The translations under genes were made by a program, and so were the position numbers. 64,000 nt of DNA from an uncultured bacterium (lineage in GTDB: Bacteria; Babelota; Babeliae; Babelales; Babelaceae), in NCBI GenBank assembly GCA_963819815.1, contig CAWFXL010000001.1:32001-96000 (forward strand), written 5' to 3'. Below, in pieces: positions 10,728 through 20,140 of this stretch (position 1 is the first letter of the stretch; each line of letters begins with the position of its first letter). The notes under the pieces were generated by a model. That model was given only the letters and a program-made list of their open reading frames with translations. It searched no databases and was not told where the DNA came from.

Positions 10728-13700
10728 ATGACCCGACTTCGCATGCGCTGGGCAGCGGCCATCGTGCCGCTCGCGGCGCTTTTTGCGTCCACTCCAGCCC
10801 AGGCCCAGGAGTACTTCGGCCGGAACAAGGTCCAGTATGAGACCTTTGCCTGGAAAGTCCTGAAGTCGGATCACTTCGACAACTTCTTCTATCCGCCGGA
10901 GTCGCTGATCGTGCACGATGCGGCGCGCATGGCGGAACGCTGGTACTCGCGGCACTCGGACACCTTCCGGCACGCGTTCGACCGCAAGTCGCTGGTGTTC
11001 TACGCCGACCACCCGGACTTCGAGCAGACCAACGTCATCGGTGAGCAGCTCGAGGAAGGCACGGGCGGCGTGACCGAGTCGAACCGGACGCGCGTGATCA
11101 TGCCGTTCACCGGCAGCTACGCGGACAACGAACACGTGCTCGGCCACGAGCTCGTACACGTTTTCCAATACAACATCGCTGAGGGCACGCCTGGCGGCGG
11201 ACTGATGCGCCTCGACGCGCTCCCGCTCTGGCTCATCGAAGGTATGGCCGAGTACTTCTCGCTCGGCCGCGAGGATCCGCTGACGGCAATGTGGATGCGC
11301 GACGCCGTGATGCGGAACAAGTTCCCGACGATCAAGCAGCTGACGATGGACCCGCGCTTCTTCCCGTACCGCTACGGCCAAGCGCTGTGGGCGTACGTCG
11401 GCGGACGCTGGGGCGATCGCGCGATCGTCGACGTGTATCGCTCGGCGCTGCGACTCGGGTGGGATGCCGCGCTCGTGCGCGTGCTCGGCGAGAACAGTGA
11501 TTCGCTGTCCAAGGATTGGGCCGCCGCGAATAACGCGATGTACCTGCCGCAGGTCGCCGGCCGCAGCATCCGGACAGCATCGGTACCAGGCTCGTTGGTC
11601 TGACGCGCAGCGGCGACTACAACCTCGCGCCGACGCTCAGCCCCGACGGCAAGTTGTTCGCGTTCTTCTCCAGCACGAAGAATCTGTTCGGCATCGATCT
11701 ATTCGTCGGCGACGCGACGACCGGCAAGATCATCAAGAAGCTCGGTGGCCCTTCGAGTGATCCGCACTTCGACGCCATCAGCTTCATCAATTCCGCAGGC
11801 GATTGGTCGCCGGACGGAAGTGAGTTCGCGTTCGTCGTGTACGCCGAAGGCTCCAACGAAATCGCGATCCTCGACACCAGGACGACGAACGTCGAACGCC
11901 GCATCAAGCTTCCCGGCATCGGCGCCGTGAACAGCGTGTCGTGGTCGCCGGATGGGCACACCCTCGCCTTCTCCGGCCAGGCCGGCGGTATCAGCGATCT
12001 CTACCTGCTCGATCTCAAGGCCGAGACGATTCGTCAGCTCACGAACGACCGCTACGCGGACATTCAGCCGACGTGGTCGCCCGACGGCAAGACGATCGCC
12101 TTCTCGACCGATCGCGGCGCCCAGACGGATTTCAATACAGCTCAAGTTCTCGCCGCTCCAGCTGGCGACGTACGATGTCGCGACCGGTCGCATCAGCGTA
12201 TTCTCGCCGTTCGCGCACGGCAAGCACATCAACCCGCAGTTCTCGCCGGACGGCAAGGAGATCTTCTTCGTCTCGGATCAGGACGGCTTCCCAGACATCT
12301 ATCGGCTGAATTTGGCCAGCAGTCAGGTCTTCCGAGTCACGACCGTTGCGACCGGTGTCAGCGGCATCACGGCGATGTCACCGTCGCTCTCGGTGTCACG
12401 TCAAACGGGAAAGCATGTTGTTCTCGACGTTCTACGATCAGGGCAACGAAATTCGTGGATTCGAGGCGTCGCAGACCGTGGGTACGGCGGTGGCCGCGCC
12501 ATCGGTTGCGTGGGAAGGCGCTCAACTACCGCCACCGCAGGTGACGCGCAGCCTGGTCTCGAGCTATCTCGCGGATCCCTTCGCCGGACTTCCGAGCGGC
12601 AACGAGTTCGTCGTCGAGCCGTACCAGTCTTCGTTCTCGCTCGACGCCATCGGTCAGCCGAGCTTGGGCGTCGTTGCCGGCGGACCGTTCGGCACCGGCG
12701 TGGCGGGCGGCGTATCGATGATCTTCGGCGATCAGCTGAGCGACCGTCAGATCTTCGCGGCCATCCAAGCGAATGGAACCGTGAAGGACATCGGCGGCGC
12801 TCTGCAGTACTACAACATGAAGAATCGCTGGAACTACGGCGGCGGCGTCGAACACATCCCGTATCTCACGGGGCAAGTCTACCTGAAAGACACGACGTTG
12901 AGCTCGCAGGGCGGCCCGGTCGCCGCGTACTCGATCAATCAGATCCTGCAGCGCGTCTACATCGATCAGGCGGCCGCGTTCACTCAGTATCCGTTCTCGA
13001 TGACGAAGCGACTCGAGATTACGGCCAACATCACGCACTACGGCTTCGACACCGAGTTGTTCAAGACGACGTTCGTCGGCAACACGATCGTCGATCAGAG
13101 CGATGAAAAGCTGACATCGGTCTACCAGCCCGTCTGGTTCGCCGAGCCCTCCATCGCGCTCGTCGGCGACAACTCGTTCTCGGCGTTCACCTCTCCGGTC
13201 CAGGGTGAGCGTTATCGCATTCAGCTCACGCCGACGTTCGGATCGGTCCAGTACCAAACGGCGCTGGTCGACTACCGGCGCTACATCTTCATGCGTCCGT
13301 TCACGGCGGCCTTCCGCGGTGTATCGCTCGGCCGTTACGGAAGCGGCGCCGAGGATCCGACCACGACATGGCCGATCTACCTGGGCGACGAGACGATGAT
13401 CCGCGGGTACGGCTACAGTTCGTTCTCGAACGACGAGTGTCAGGTCAATGGCACCACGCGTGGGCAGCGCGGCTGCACAGGTCGGGTGCCCGACGTTCCA
13501 GCGTCTGTTCGGCAGCAAGGCGGCCGTGTTCAACGCTGAACTCAGAATTCCGCTCTTCGGAACAGAGGGATTTGGTCTGATCAACTTCCCGTTCCTCCCG
13601 ACGGAAGTCTCGCCGTTCTTCGACGGCGGCGTTTCATACACGAACAACCAGGCGCCGGATTTTCGGCTGACGCGGTCGGCAAACGACATTCCGGTCAAGT

Positions 13701-13906
13701 GTCAGGCGACCACGAACTCGACGCCGGCGCAGATTCAGCAGCAGGCGTACTATCCGTGCGCGGATCGCATTCCGGTGTTCTCGACGGGCCTCTCGTTCCG
13801 CTTCAACCTGATGGGCTACGCGATCATGGAAGCGTACCTCGCGCATCCGTTCCAGCGCCCGCAGAAAAATTGGGTCTGGGGATTCCAACTCGCGCCAGGC
13901 TGGTAG
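10728..13906 (+). CDS. Secreted zinc-metallopeptidase-like (HExxH) + TolB/PD40 beta-propeller + Omp85/BamA-type barrel protein, about 4 frameshifts
   Basis: Signal peptide; QEYFGRNKVQY, HELVH...WLIEGMAEY; repeated WSPDG/FSPDG; C-terminal IRGY, NAELRIPL, FFDGG, FQLAPGW; ORFs 10548-11603, 11654-12544, 11952-13106, 12346-13539, 13448-13906. Confidence 0.85.
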
Positions 13907-13910
13907 AAAC

Positions 13911-13938
13911 CTAGGCGCTAGACACTAGGCGCTAGAAA
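13911..13938 (+). repeat. Heptamer tandem repeat (CTAGRCR-like x4)
   Basis: ctaggcg ctagaca ctaggcg ctagaaa. Confidence 0.7.
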
Positions 13939-13943
13939 TTCGG

Positions 13944-13979
13944 AAGGCGCGGAGCCGTTGGCTCCGCGCTTTTTATTTT
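13944..13979 (+). terminator. Rho-independent terminator
   Basis: aaggcgcggagcc-gtt-ggctccgcgcttt followed by ttatttt. Confidence 0.8.
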
Positions 13980-14047
13980 CTCCGCGGGTTCGACGATCGA
14001 GGTCTGTTGCGCGGCGATGGTTCGCGAACCCACAGCTCTCCGAGACC

Positions 14048-14411
14048 TCATGACCCCTCGACGCGCTTGCGAAAGGCGGTGATCATCGCGGCGAGCTCTC
14101 CCGGCTCGCCCATGAGATCCCGATCCTCGGCTCTGAGCAGGCCAACGTCGTCGAGCTCCTCGATCGCATCATCGACCTCGTTCGCCGACGCGCATGCAAT
14201 GCGCAGGCAATGCGCAGAAACTGCGCAAACTGAGCCGGCGTTCCTCGGCCAGAGCCCTCCGAGATATTGTATCGAATCGAGATCGCGGCACGAATGAGCT
14301 GATCTCCTCGACGAAATCGCTCCTCAGGCGGAAGGCGTGGACGAGGCGGTGCACTCGCGTCGTCAGAACGCGTGCACGCTGCCAGATCGCGAGTTTTCTG
14401 AAGTCGCTCAC
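14048..14411 (-). CDS. Four-helix-bundle protein (23S rRNA IVP-like family), frameshifted
   Basis: GTG start, MSDFRKLAIWQRA; QLIRAAISIRYNISEGSGRGTPAQFAQFLRIA (family motif SIxxNIAEG); ends MITAFRKRVEGS. Confidence 0.75.
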
Positions 14412-14499
14412 TCGGCGCTCTCTGGGAATCAGGTGCGCCTGTATTCGCCATGCCACGCGCACCAGCACAACCAAAGGCGCGCAGCGCCAATCCTTATCT

Positions 14500-14527
14500 C
14501 TGGCGCCTGGCGCCTAGCGCCTAGTGC
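14500..14527 (-). repeat. Heptamer tandem repeat, inverted copy of the 13911 tract
   Basis: ctggcgc ctggcgc ctagcgc ctagtgc; the reverse complement of ctaggcg is a rotation of ctagcgc. Confidence 0.7.
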
Positions 14528-16836
14528 CGAACGACAGGTCCCCAATCATACAGTTCGCGATATACTTCCGCGTTCCGCTGCACGAGCCGCACATAGTCCC
14601 TCGTCTCGGCGAACGGAATTCGCTCGGCGAACAGCTCGGGATCGTCGGCGCCGGCCTTCGTCACCCAGCGCGTGACGCGCGAGCCGCCCGCGTTGTACGC
14701 CGCGAGTACGCGCGGCACGGCGCCGTGCTGCTTGATGAACGTTGCGAGATGCGCCGTGCCGAGCTGCAGGTTCGCGTCGGGGTCGAAGAGTAGCGCGGGA
14801 TACCACATCGGATAGGTGAGCGCCCGCGACACTTCTTCGCCGACCGACGGAAGGACTTGCATCAAGCCTCGAGCGCCGGCAACGGAGACAGCGCGCGGAT
14901 TGAAGCCCGACTCCTGTCGAATCAGCGCCGCAACGAGCACCGGATCGAGCGCGTTCGTCTTCGCGTCGAGTGCGAGCTCGTCGAGATCGAATACCGGAAA
15001 GAGCAGGCGGTACGTCCGCGCATCGCGGTGTCCCGCGTCGACGAGCTTTTGCGCGAGGCGAATCGCCCGCGACGATTGGCCGCGCTGAATCAGCGCGAAC
15101 GCGGCGGCGGCGAGACGTTGCGGCGATCCGTTCGCCGCGTCGTCGAGCGCATCGTATTCGAGCCGCGCCTCGACGTCCATCCCGAGCCGCTCGAGCAGCG
15201 CGATGCGCGCGACCGCGCTGTCTATCGCAGCGATGCGCGGCACTGAATCGCCGGCGCTCGCTGGTGCCCACGGTTTGCCGCCTAACCGCTTCGCGCTCGC
15301 GAAGGCGTAGTACGAGATGGGCTGCTGCGCCATCACTCGCTGCCACCGCTCCTTCGCCGTCGACTGATTCCCCGCGTCAGCCCAGGCGCGTCCACTCCAG
15401 AAGGTCGCGGCAAGCGACTCGTCGGAGCGCGGCATCAACGTGGTGAGCGAGTCGAACTCCTGTGCGGCCGCCGCGGCATTGCCGGAGGCGAGAGCGATGA
15501 TCGCTGCATTGAATCGCGCGTTCGCGGCGCGTGCGCTCGTCGGATAGGCGTGATAGAGCTGCTGATAGAGCGTGCGCGCCACGTCGTCGGTTCCAGCGTC
15601 GGTCGCGAGATCGGCGAGCAGGAAGAGCGCGGCGCTCGCCGACGCAGTATCCATCGGAAACCCAGCGACTGTGGCCCGAAGCGCGGCGATCGTTTCATCG
15701 CGCGTACCCGACGTCAACAGCACGCGCCCACGCTGATACGCGGCCTGTCCGGCCAGTGGTCCCTGCACTGCTTGTAGTTGTGCGAGCGCGTCCCGCGTAC
15801 GACCGACGCGCGACAACGCCTGCGCGTAGAGCAGGTGATCGTTCGGCACGATCAGCGTCGGCACGCCGAGCGCACGCGCAAACGCGGTGACGGCGCGCGC
15901 CGGCGTTCCCGTCGCCGTGCCACGCGCTATTGTGATTTCCTCGGCGGGCGTGAATGACGTGAAGCCGCGGTCGAGCACGTCCACGGCGCTGCGTGCGTCC
16001 ACAGTGTTCGGGTGCGCGCGAATGACGGCGAGCAATTCGTTCTTCACGACCTCGCGCGTCGCGGTATCCGGCGCGACGGACAGCCGAAGACGAAGCGACT
16101 GCACCGTGGCGCCGAGCGTCGCGAAGCGCGATGCGGCGCCGAGCGCGTCGCTGAATCGCTCTCGCGCCTGCGCCTCCGTCCACGCGACTCGGGGCTTGGC
16201 CGGCGCGAGTGAGACCTTTGCGAGGAGCTTGGCCCGCTGCACCGAGTCGACCTCGCTTCCCGCCGCGCGGAGGAAGAGCCACGACCGAACGGGGACAAGG
16301 GTCTCGGCGGCAAGCGTGTAGGTGGCCGCCGCGCTGTCGAACATGTTGTTGCGCTCGAACGCGCGCGCGAGAAGCGTGAGACGCACGGCGCGAATCGTCG
16401 GGTTCTTGGCGTCGCGCAACGCGGCCGCCGCGCGCGGACGTGCGACCGTGTCCGCACCACGCTCGAGCGCCGACCGCGTGAGCAATTCGCGTCCGTCGCC
16501 GCCGAACTCGGTGTCGAGCCATGGTTCGTTGGCGATCAGCTTCTCGACCTCGGGCCAACCGCCCCATCCGGCGGCAGCGCGAGCGGCCACGAGCAACGCC
16601 GCGGGCGTTCGCTCGCGCGAGTCGCGAAGCACCCGCGCCATGATCTGCGTCGCCCGCCACGGATGTCCCTGATCGATCGCGGCCTGCGCCTGCTTGAGCG
16701 GCGTGCTCTGAGCAATCGCCGAGGCAGCAGGGTCCTCACCGAGTGTCACCGACGCGACATCTCCGCCGGCATTCGACTCATGTGAGGAATTGCAGGCGAG
16801 CAGACCGGCGACAACGAACAGAAGAAAGCGCTTCAT
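14521..16836 (-). CDS. Soluble lytic murein transglycosylase (Slt70-like, TPR superhelix + SLT domain), lipoprotein
   Basis: Lipobox LLAC; TPR helices; ALIRQESGF (catalytic Glu), GARGLMQV, AAYNAG, IPFAETRDYV. Confidence 0.9.
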   Translation of the reverse strand: MKRFLLFVVAGLLACNSSHESNAGGDVASVTLGEDPAASAIAQSTPLKQAQAAIDQGHPWRATQIMARVLRDSRERTPAALLVAARAAAGWGGWPEVEKLIANEPWLDTEFGGDGRELLTRSALERGADTVARPRAAAALRDAKNPTIRAVRLTLLARAFERNNMFDSAAATYTLAAETLVPVRSWLFLRAAGSEVDSVQRAKLLAKVSLAPAKPRVAWTEAQARERFSDALGAASRFATLGATVQSLRLRLSVAPDTATREVVKNELLAVIRAHPNTVDARSAVDVLDRGFTSFTPAEEITIARGTATGTPARAVTAFARALGVPTLIVPNDHLLYAQALSRVGRTRDALAQLQAVQGPLAGQAAYQRGRVLLTSGTRDETIAALRATVAGFPMDTASASAALFLLADLATDAGTDDVARTLYQQLYHAYPTSARAANARFNAAIIALASGNAAAAAQEFDSLTTLMPRSDESLAATFWSGRAWADAGNQSTAKERWQRVMAQQPISYYAFASAKRLGGKPWAPASAGDSVPRIAAIDSAVARIALLERLGMDVEARLEYDALDDAANGSPQRLAAAAFALIQRGQSSRAIRLAQKLVDAGHRDARTYRLLFPVFDLDELALDAKTNALDPVLVAALIRQESGFNPRAVSVAGARGLMQVLPSVGEEVSRALTYPMWYPALLFDPDANLQLGTAHLATFIKQHGAVPRVLAAYNAGGSRVTRWVTKAGADDPELFAERIPFAETRDYVRLVQRNAEVYRELYDWGPVVRH

Positions 16837-16906
16837 CCAGGAGCGAGAAGATCAGAAACCGTACCGCCCGGTCCGAGCAACAGCGACCGCTCGACGATCT
16901 CTGAGA

Positions 16907-18205
16907 TTAACGCACAGCTCGCAGCGTCGCTGGAGTCAGGCCCAGGGCGCCGCTGTCACGGCGCGCTCTGTTCTTCCGGTTCCCCTTGTCGACGTACATC
17001 GCCCGGTCGGCTCGCTCGATCGCCGTGGACAGCTGCTCGGAACTGGCGTAATCGGCGGTACCCAGGCTGACCTGGAGACCAATGGCGTCGCCCGACGCGG
17101 CGCGCGCCGGCTGCGCCTCCTCGATGGCCTGTCGAAGGCGTCCAAGCACGTTTGACGCGTGCGCTGAGGGCAGCACGACGAGGAATTCGTCGCCTCCCCA
17201 GCGATACAGCTTGTCGTAAGGACGAAGCGCACCGCGCAGCACCTCAGCGCACCGGCGAATGAGCTGATCGCCGACCGCATGACCATGCTGGTCGTTGGCT
17301 CGCTTCAGATTGTCGAGGTCGGCGATGACGACCGTGCCGAACGTGGCGCGAACCATCTCGAGTCCGACGCCTTCGGCGAACGCGCGCCGGTTGAGCGTGT
17401 CGGTGAGCGGGTCGTAGAGCGCGGCTCGCCGTAGACGGTCGTGCGTCAGCCGAAGCTCGGACTGGGCGTCGTCGACTTCTCGCTTCGCGTCCTCCATGAG
17501 CAGGAGGATCATCGCGTAGCCGAGCAGCACGTTGAGCGACAGATCGAGATACGAATTGTACGCAGTGATCCAGAGCGAGGCGTCGATGAAGGGGGTCGGC
17601 GCGCCAAGCAGGACGATGACGAACACGCCTCCGTAGATGCACCAGAGGACCGCGAGGAGTCCGAACGCTGCGCCGGTCGCCGTGCTGCCAACAGTTCGGC
17701 GCGGTCGCGGCAGCGACAGCATCGTCCACGCGCAGTACCCGAAGACAGGGAAGGCGACGGCGCTCTGCCAGACCACCATCTCGTTCAGGCCGCGGTGCAC
17801 GAGCATCGACGACACGGTGCCGAACAGCGCGGCGAGGAGCCAGAGATGCCGCGTGGCGCGAACGCCCGCCGTCGTTCCGACGAGATAGATCAGCGTGCCG
17901 CGGACGAAGAGCACGAACCCGACGACCTTGCTCGCCTGATAGACGAGGTAGAGGTAGCGAGTTGTAAGGTCGCCCTCCTCGAGTTGCACCCCGGTGATGC
18001 CGGGCACGAGGATGTAGCGAAGCACGAGCGCGGTGATCGCGATCGCGAACGCCACCCACGCCGCTGCCCACGCGGTGAAGTACGCTCGCCGCAAGACGAA
18101 CCGGCGAAGCGTCAGGAACAGGGCAATCAGCATCAGGGCGCCGCCCAACTGCACGACTACGCCCACGAACGCGAGGACGGGAAAGGTTTGCTGGTGAGGC
18201 TGCAT
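16907..18205 (-). CDS. Membrane-bound diguanylate cyclase (about 7 TM + GGDEF)
   Basis: Multiple TM helices, coiled coil, DPLTDTLNRR, DLDNLKRANDQHGHAVGD, RWGGDEF, ADRAMY. Confidence 0.9.
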   Translation of the reverse strand: MQPHQQTFPVLAFVGVVVQLGGALMLIALFLTLRRFVLRRAYFTAWAAAWVAFAIAITALVLRYILVPGITGVQLEEGDLTTRYLYLVYQASKVVGFVLFVRGTLIYLVGTTAGVRATRHLWLLAALFGTVSSMLVHRGLNEMVVWQSAVAFPVFGYCAWTMLSLPRPRRTVGSTATGAAFGLLAVLWCIYGGVFVIVLLGAPTPFIDASLWITAYNSYLDLSLNVLLGYAMILLLMEDAKREVDDAQSELRLTHDRLRRAALYDPLTDTLNRRAFAEGVGLEMVRATFGTVVIADLDNLKRANDQHGHAVGDQLIRRCAEVLRGALRPYDKLYRWGGDEFLVVLPSAHASNVLGRLRQAIEEAQPARAASGDAIGLQVSLGTADYASSEQLSTAIERADRAMYVDKGNRKNRARRDSGALGLTPATLRAVR

Positions 18206-18339
18206 TGCGGCGTCGGCGCCGGTCAGAGGAGGTCGAACAGCCTTACGTAGCTCGACGCCTGATATCCCGAGTCGTCACGCGATGCACGACGCCGGAACCA
18301 ACGGTCGCAAAATCCATGAGTCATCGGGCTTCCTGCAAG

Positions 18340-18380
18340 CGAAACAACGGCCTGAAGCAGAGCTTCAGACCGTTGTTTCG
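18340..18380 (-). terminator. Long hairpin downstream of the Spy-like gene
   Basis: cgaaacaacgg-c-ctgaagc-aga-gcttcag-a-ccgttgtttcg; the mismatch becomes a U-G pair on the minus strand. Confidence 0.65.
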
Positions 18381-18448
18381 TGCCGCGGAGGAGAGGACGT
18401 GCCCACCCGCACGCCCGCGCTCACTCGCGCGTCGGAACTGTTGGAGCC

Positions 18449-18967
18449 CTAAAGGCCCTCTGAGCCCGGCTTCCCGAACCCTGGGCGACCACGGCCCTTG
18501 GCCCCTCGATTCGCCGCATGCTTTTGGAGTTGCGCGACATTGGCGTCGAACTTCGCCTGGTTCTCCGGCGAGAGCGCGGCGCGAACGTCGTTGCGCTGCG
18601 AAAGCATCAGTTGCTGCATCTGGTCGCGCTGACCTTTCGACTTCTCCCACAGTGCTCGCACGGCAGCGGAGTCTCCGCGCTGTCGGGCCGCACGCATGGC
18701 TTCCATGTCGGGTTTGTCCTGCTTGCGAAGCGCCTTCATCTGCGCCGCGTGCTGCGCGTCGATCGAGTGGAGCTTCGCCTTCTCGGCGTCGCTCAGCGTG
18801 ATGCCGCGGAGCAACGGATCGCGACCTGGGCCCTGTCGCCGAGCGCCGTGCCCGGCCCCGTGTGCTTGGGGAGTTTCGGGGGCGGACGTTGGCTGCTGGG
18901 CAGACGCGACCGCGACAGCACCGAACGTGAGCAGTGCCGCGGCCAGCGTCGAACGAATATGACTCAT
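18449..18967 (-). CDS. Spy/CpxP-like periplasmic chaperone
   Basis: GGAGG RBS, signal peptide ending ASA-QQ, LTxxQ-like motifs ITLSDAEK and LSPENQAKF, helical Met/Arg/Gln-rich body. Confidence 0.75.
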   Translation of the reverse strand: MSHIRSTLAAALLTFGAVAVASAQQPTSAPETPQAHGAGHGARRQGPGRDPLLRGITLSDAEKAKLHSIDAQHAAQMKALRKQDKPDMEAMRAARQRGDSAAVRALWEKSKGQRDQMQQLMLSQRNDVRAALSPENQAKFDANVAQLQKHAANRGAKGRGRPGFGKPGSEGL

Positions 18968-19018
18968 GGTGGACCTCCACCATTCAAGGTTGGGGCGCGC
19001 GTTTGCGCCTTCACCCGG

Positions 19019-19045
19019 TAGACGCCTGCCTTTTGCCCACGTTAA
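19019..19045 (-). promoter_or_regulatory. ECF sigma promoter candidate for the Spy-like gene
   Basis: Minus strand TAAC-N16-CGTC (taac gtgggcaaaaggcagg cgtc), the general ECF -35 AAC / -10 CGT pattern. Confidence 0.5.
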
Positions 19046-19111
19046 TGGCCCGTCTGTGAGAGCCAAACCCAACGGGCGCTGGAACTTTGGAACAAACTTA
19101 GTGTGACTGTC

Positions 19112-19513
19112 TCACGCGTTCGGGGAGTACGCCACGGCGCTTATCTCGACGAGGATCCCCCGCAGATTCGCGCCGAGCGCGGTCCGGGTCGGATAGGGCG
19201 ACGGCATGAGCTCCTTGTACGCGGTGTTGAAGCGGCCCCAATCGTCGATGTCGGCCAGGTAGACGATTACCGAGACCACCTCGGTGAGCGACGCCCCCGC
19301 CGCGGTCAGCGCACGTTGTACATTGGCAATGACCTGCTTCGTTTGGGATTCGATGTCGTCGCCGACGAGCGCGCCCGTCACCGGGTCCCGCGGCACCTGT
19401 CCCGACACGAAGACGAAACCGCCCGCGCGCGCAGCCGGTGAATACGCGCCAGCCGGCGGCGGCACATCGCCGCCGAGCATCACAGGTTGCCACTGCCGTT
19501 CGCGCTCTGTCAT
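19112..19513 (-). CDS. ridA: RidA/YjgF family enamine-imine deaminase
   Basis: PAGAYSPA, FVFVSGQVP, QTKQVIANV, FNTAY, PYPTRT (catalytic Arg), LVEISAVA. Confidence 0.9.
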   Translation of the reverse strand: MTERERQWQPVMLGGDVPPPAGAYSPAARAGGFVFVSGQVPRDPVTGALVGDDIESQTKQVIANVQRALTAAGASLTEVVSVIVYLADIDDWGRFNTAYKELMPSPYPTRTALGANLRGILVEISAVAYSPNA

Positions 19514-19550
19514 CTTCCGTCTCCACTTGATTGAGGGTCGTGCACCGAAA

Positions 19551-20132
19551 ATGCCGCTGACGATCGCTGAGCTCGAGACGCCAATTCCCGTCGTCGACCT
19601 GGACCGCCTCGCTCGTAATCTCGACCGGGCAGCCGAGTACGCAAAGGCGCACGGCCTGGGGCTCCGGCCACATATCAAAACCCACAAGTCACCCCGCATC
19701 GCGGGTGAGCAGCTGACCCGCGGCGCCGTGGGCGTAACGTGCGCGACCCCGTACGAGGCCGAGGTCATGAGCGAGGTGTGCAGCGACATTCTCGTTGCCT
19801 ACCCACCGGTCGGCCCGAAGCGCGCCGCGCGACTGGCCACGCTCGCGAGGAAGGTGCGACTCACCGTCGCGCTCGATTCGATTCAGGCCGTCGACGATCT
19901 GGCGCGCGCGGCGACTGAGGCCGGAAGCAAGATCGGTGTGTGCGTCGAGCTCGATCTAGGAATGCACCGCGTTGGGCTCCCGGTCGTCGACGACGCCATC
20001 GCGCTCGCGCGCGCGGTGCGTGAACGGCCGTCGCTCGAGTTTGCCGGCATCGCGTTCTATCCGGGGCACGTGCGTGAGCCAGTCGATCAGCAAACACTCA
20101 AGCTCGACCAACTCAAGACGACGATCGGCGCG
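19551..20132 (+). CDS. D-TA/DSD1-family PLP-dependent enzyme (alanine racemase fold), truncated at the junction
   Basis: LETPIPVVDLDRLARN, LRPHIKTHKS (PLP Lys), VELDLGMHRVG, FYPGH; only about 194 codons before AT-rich sequence begins. Confidence 0.85.
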
Positions 20133-20140
20133 GTTTTAAC
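20125..20140. other. Junction between GC-rich and AT-rich genomes
   Basis: ...acgatcggcg|cggttttaacccttc...; both flanking genes are truncated and composition switches abruptly. Confidence 0.9.

Noticed and set aside
1..14411. Many frameshifts in GT2, PilR/PilS-like genes, arfB, susC, the Omp85-peptidase and the four-helix-bundle gene as mass pseudogenisation or programmed frameshifting
   Set aside because: Motifs stay intact on both sides of each shift and indel density is highest near the sequence start; this pattern fits low-coverage long-read errors
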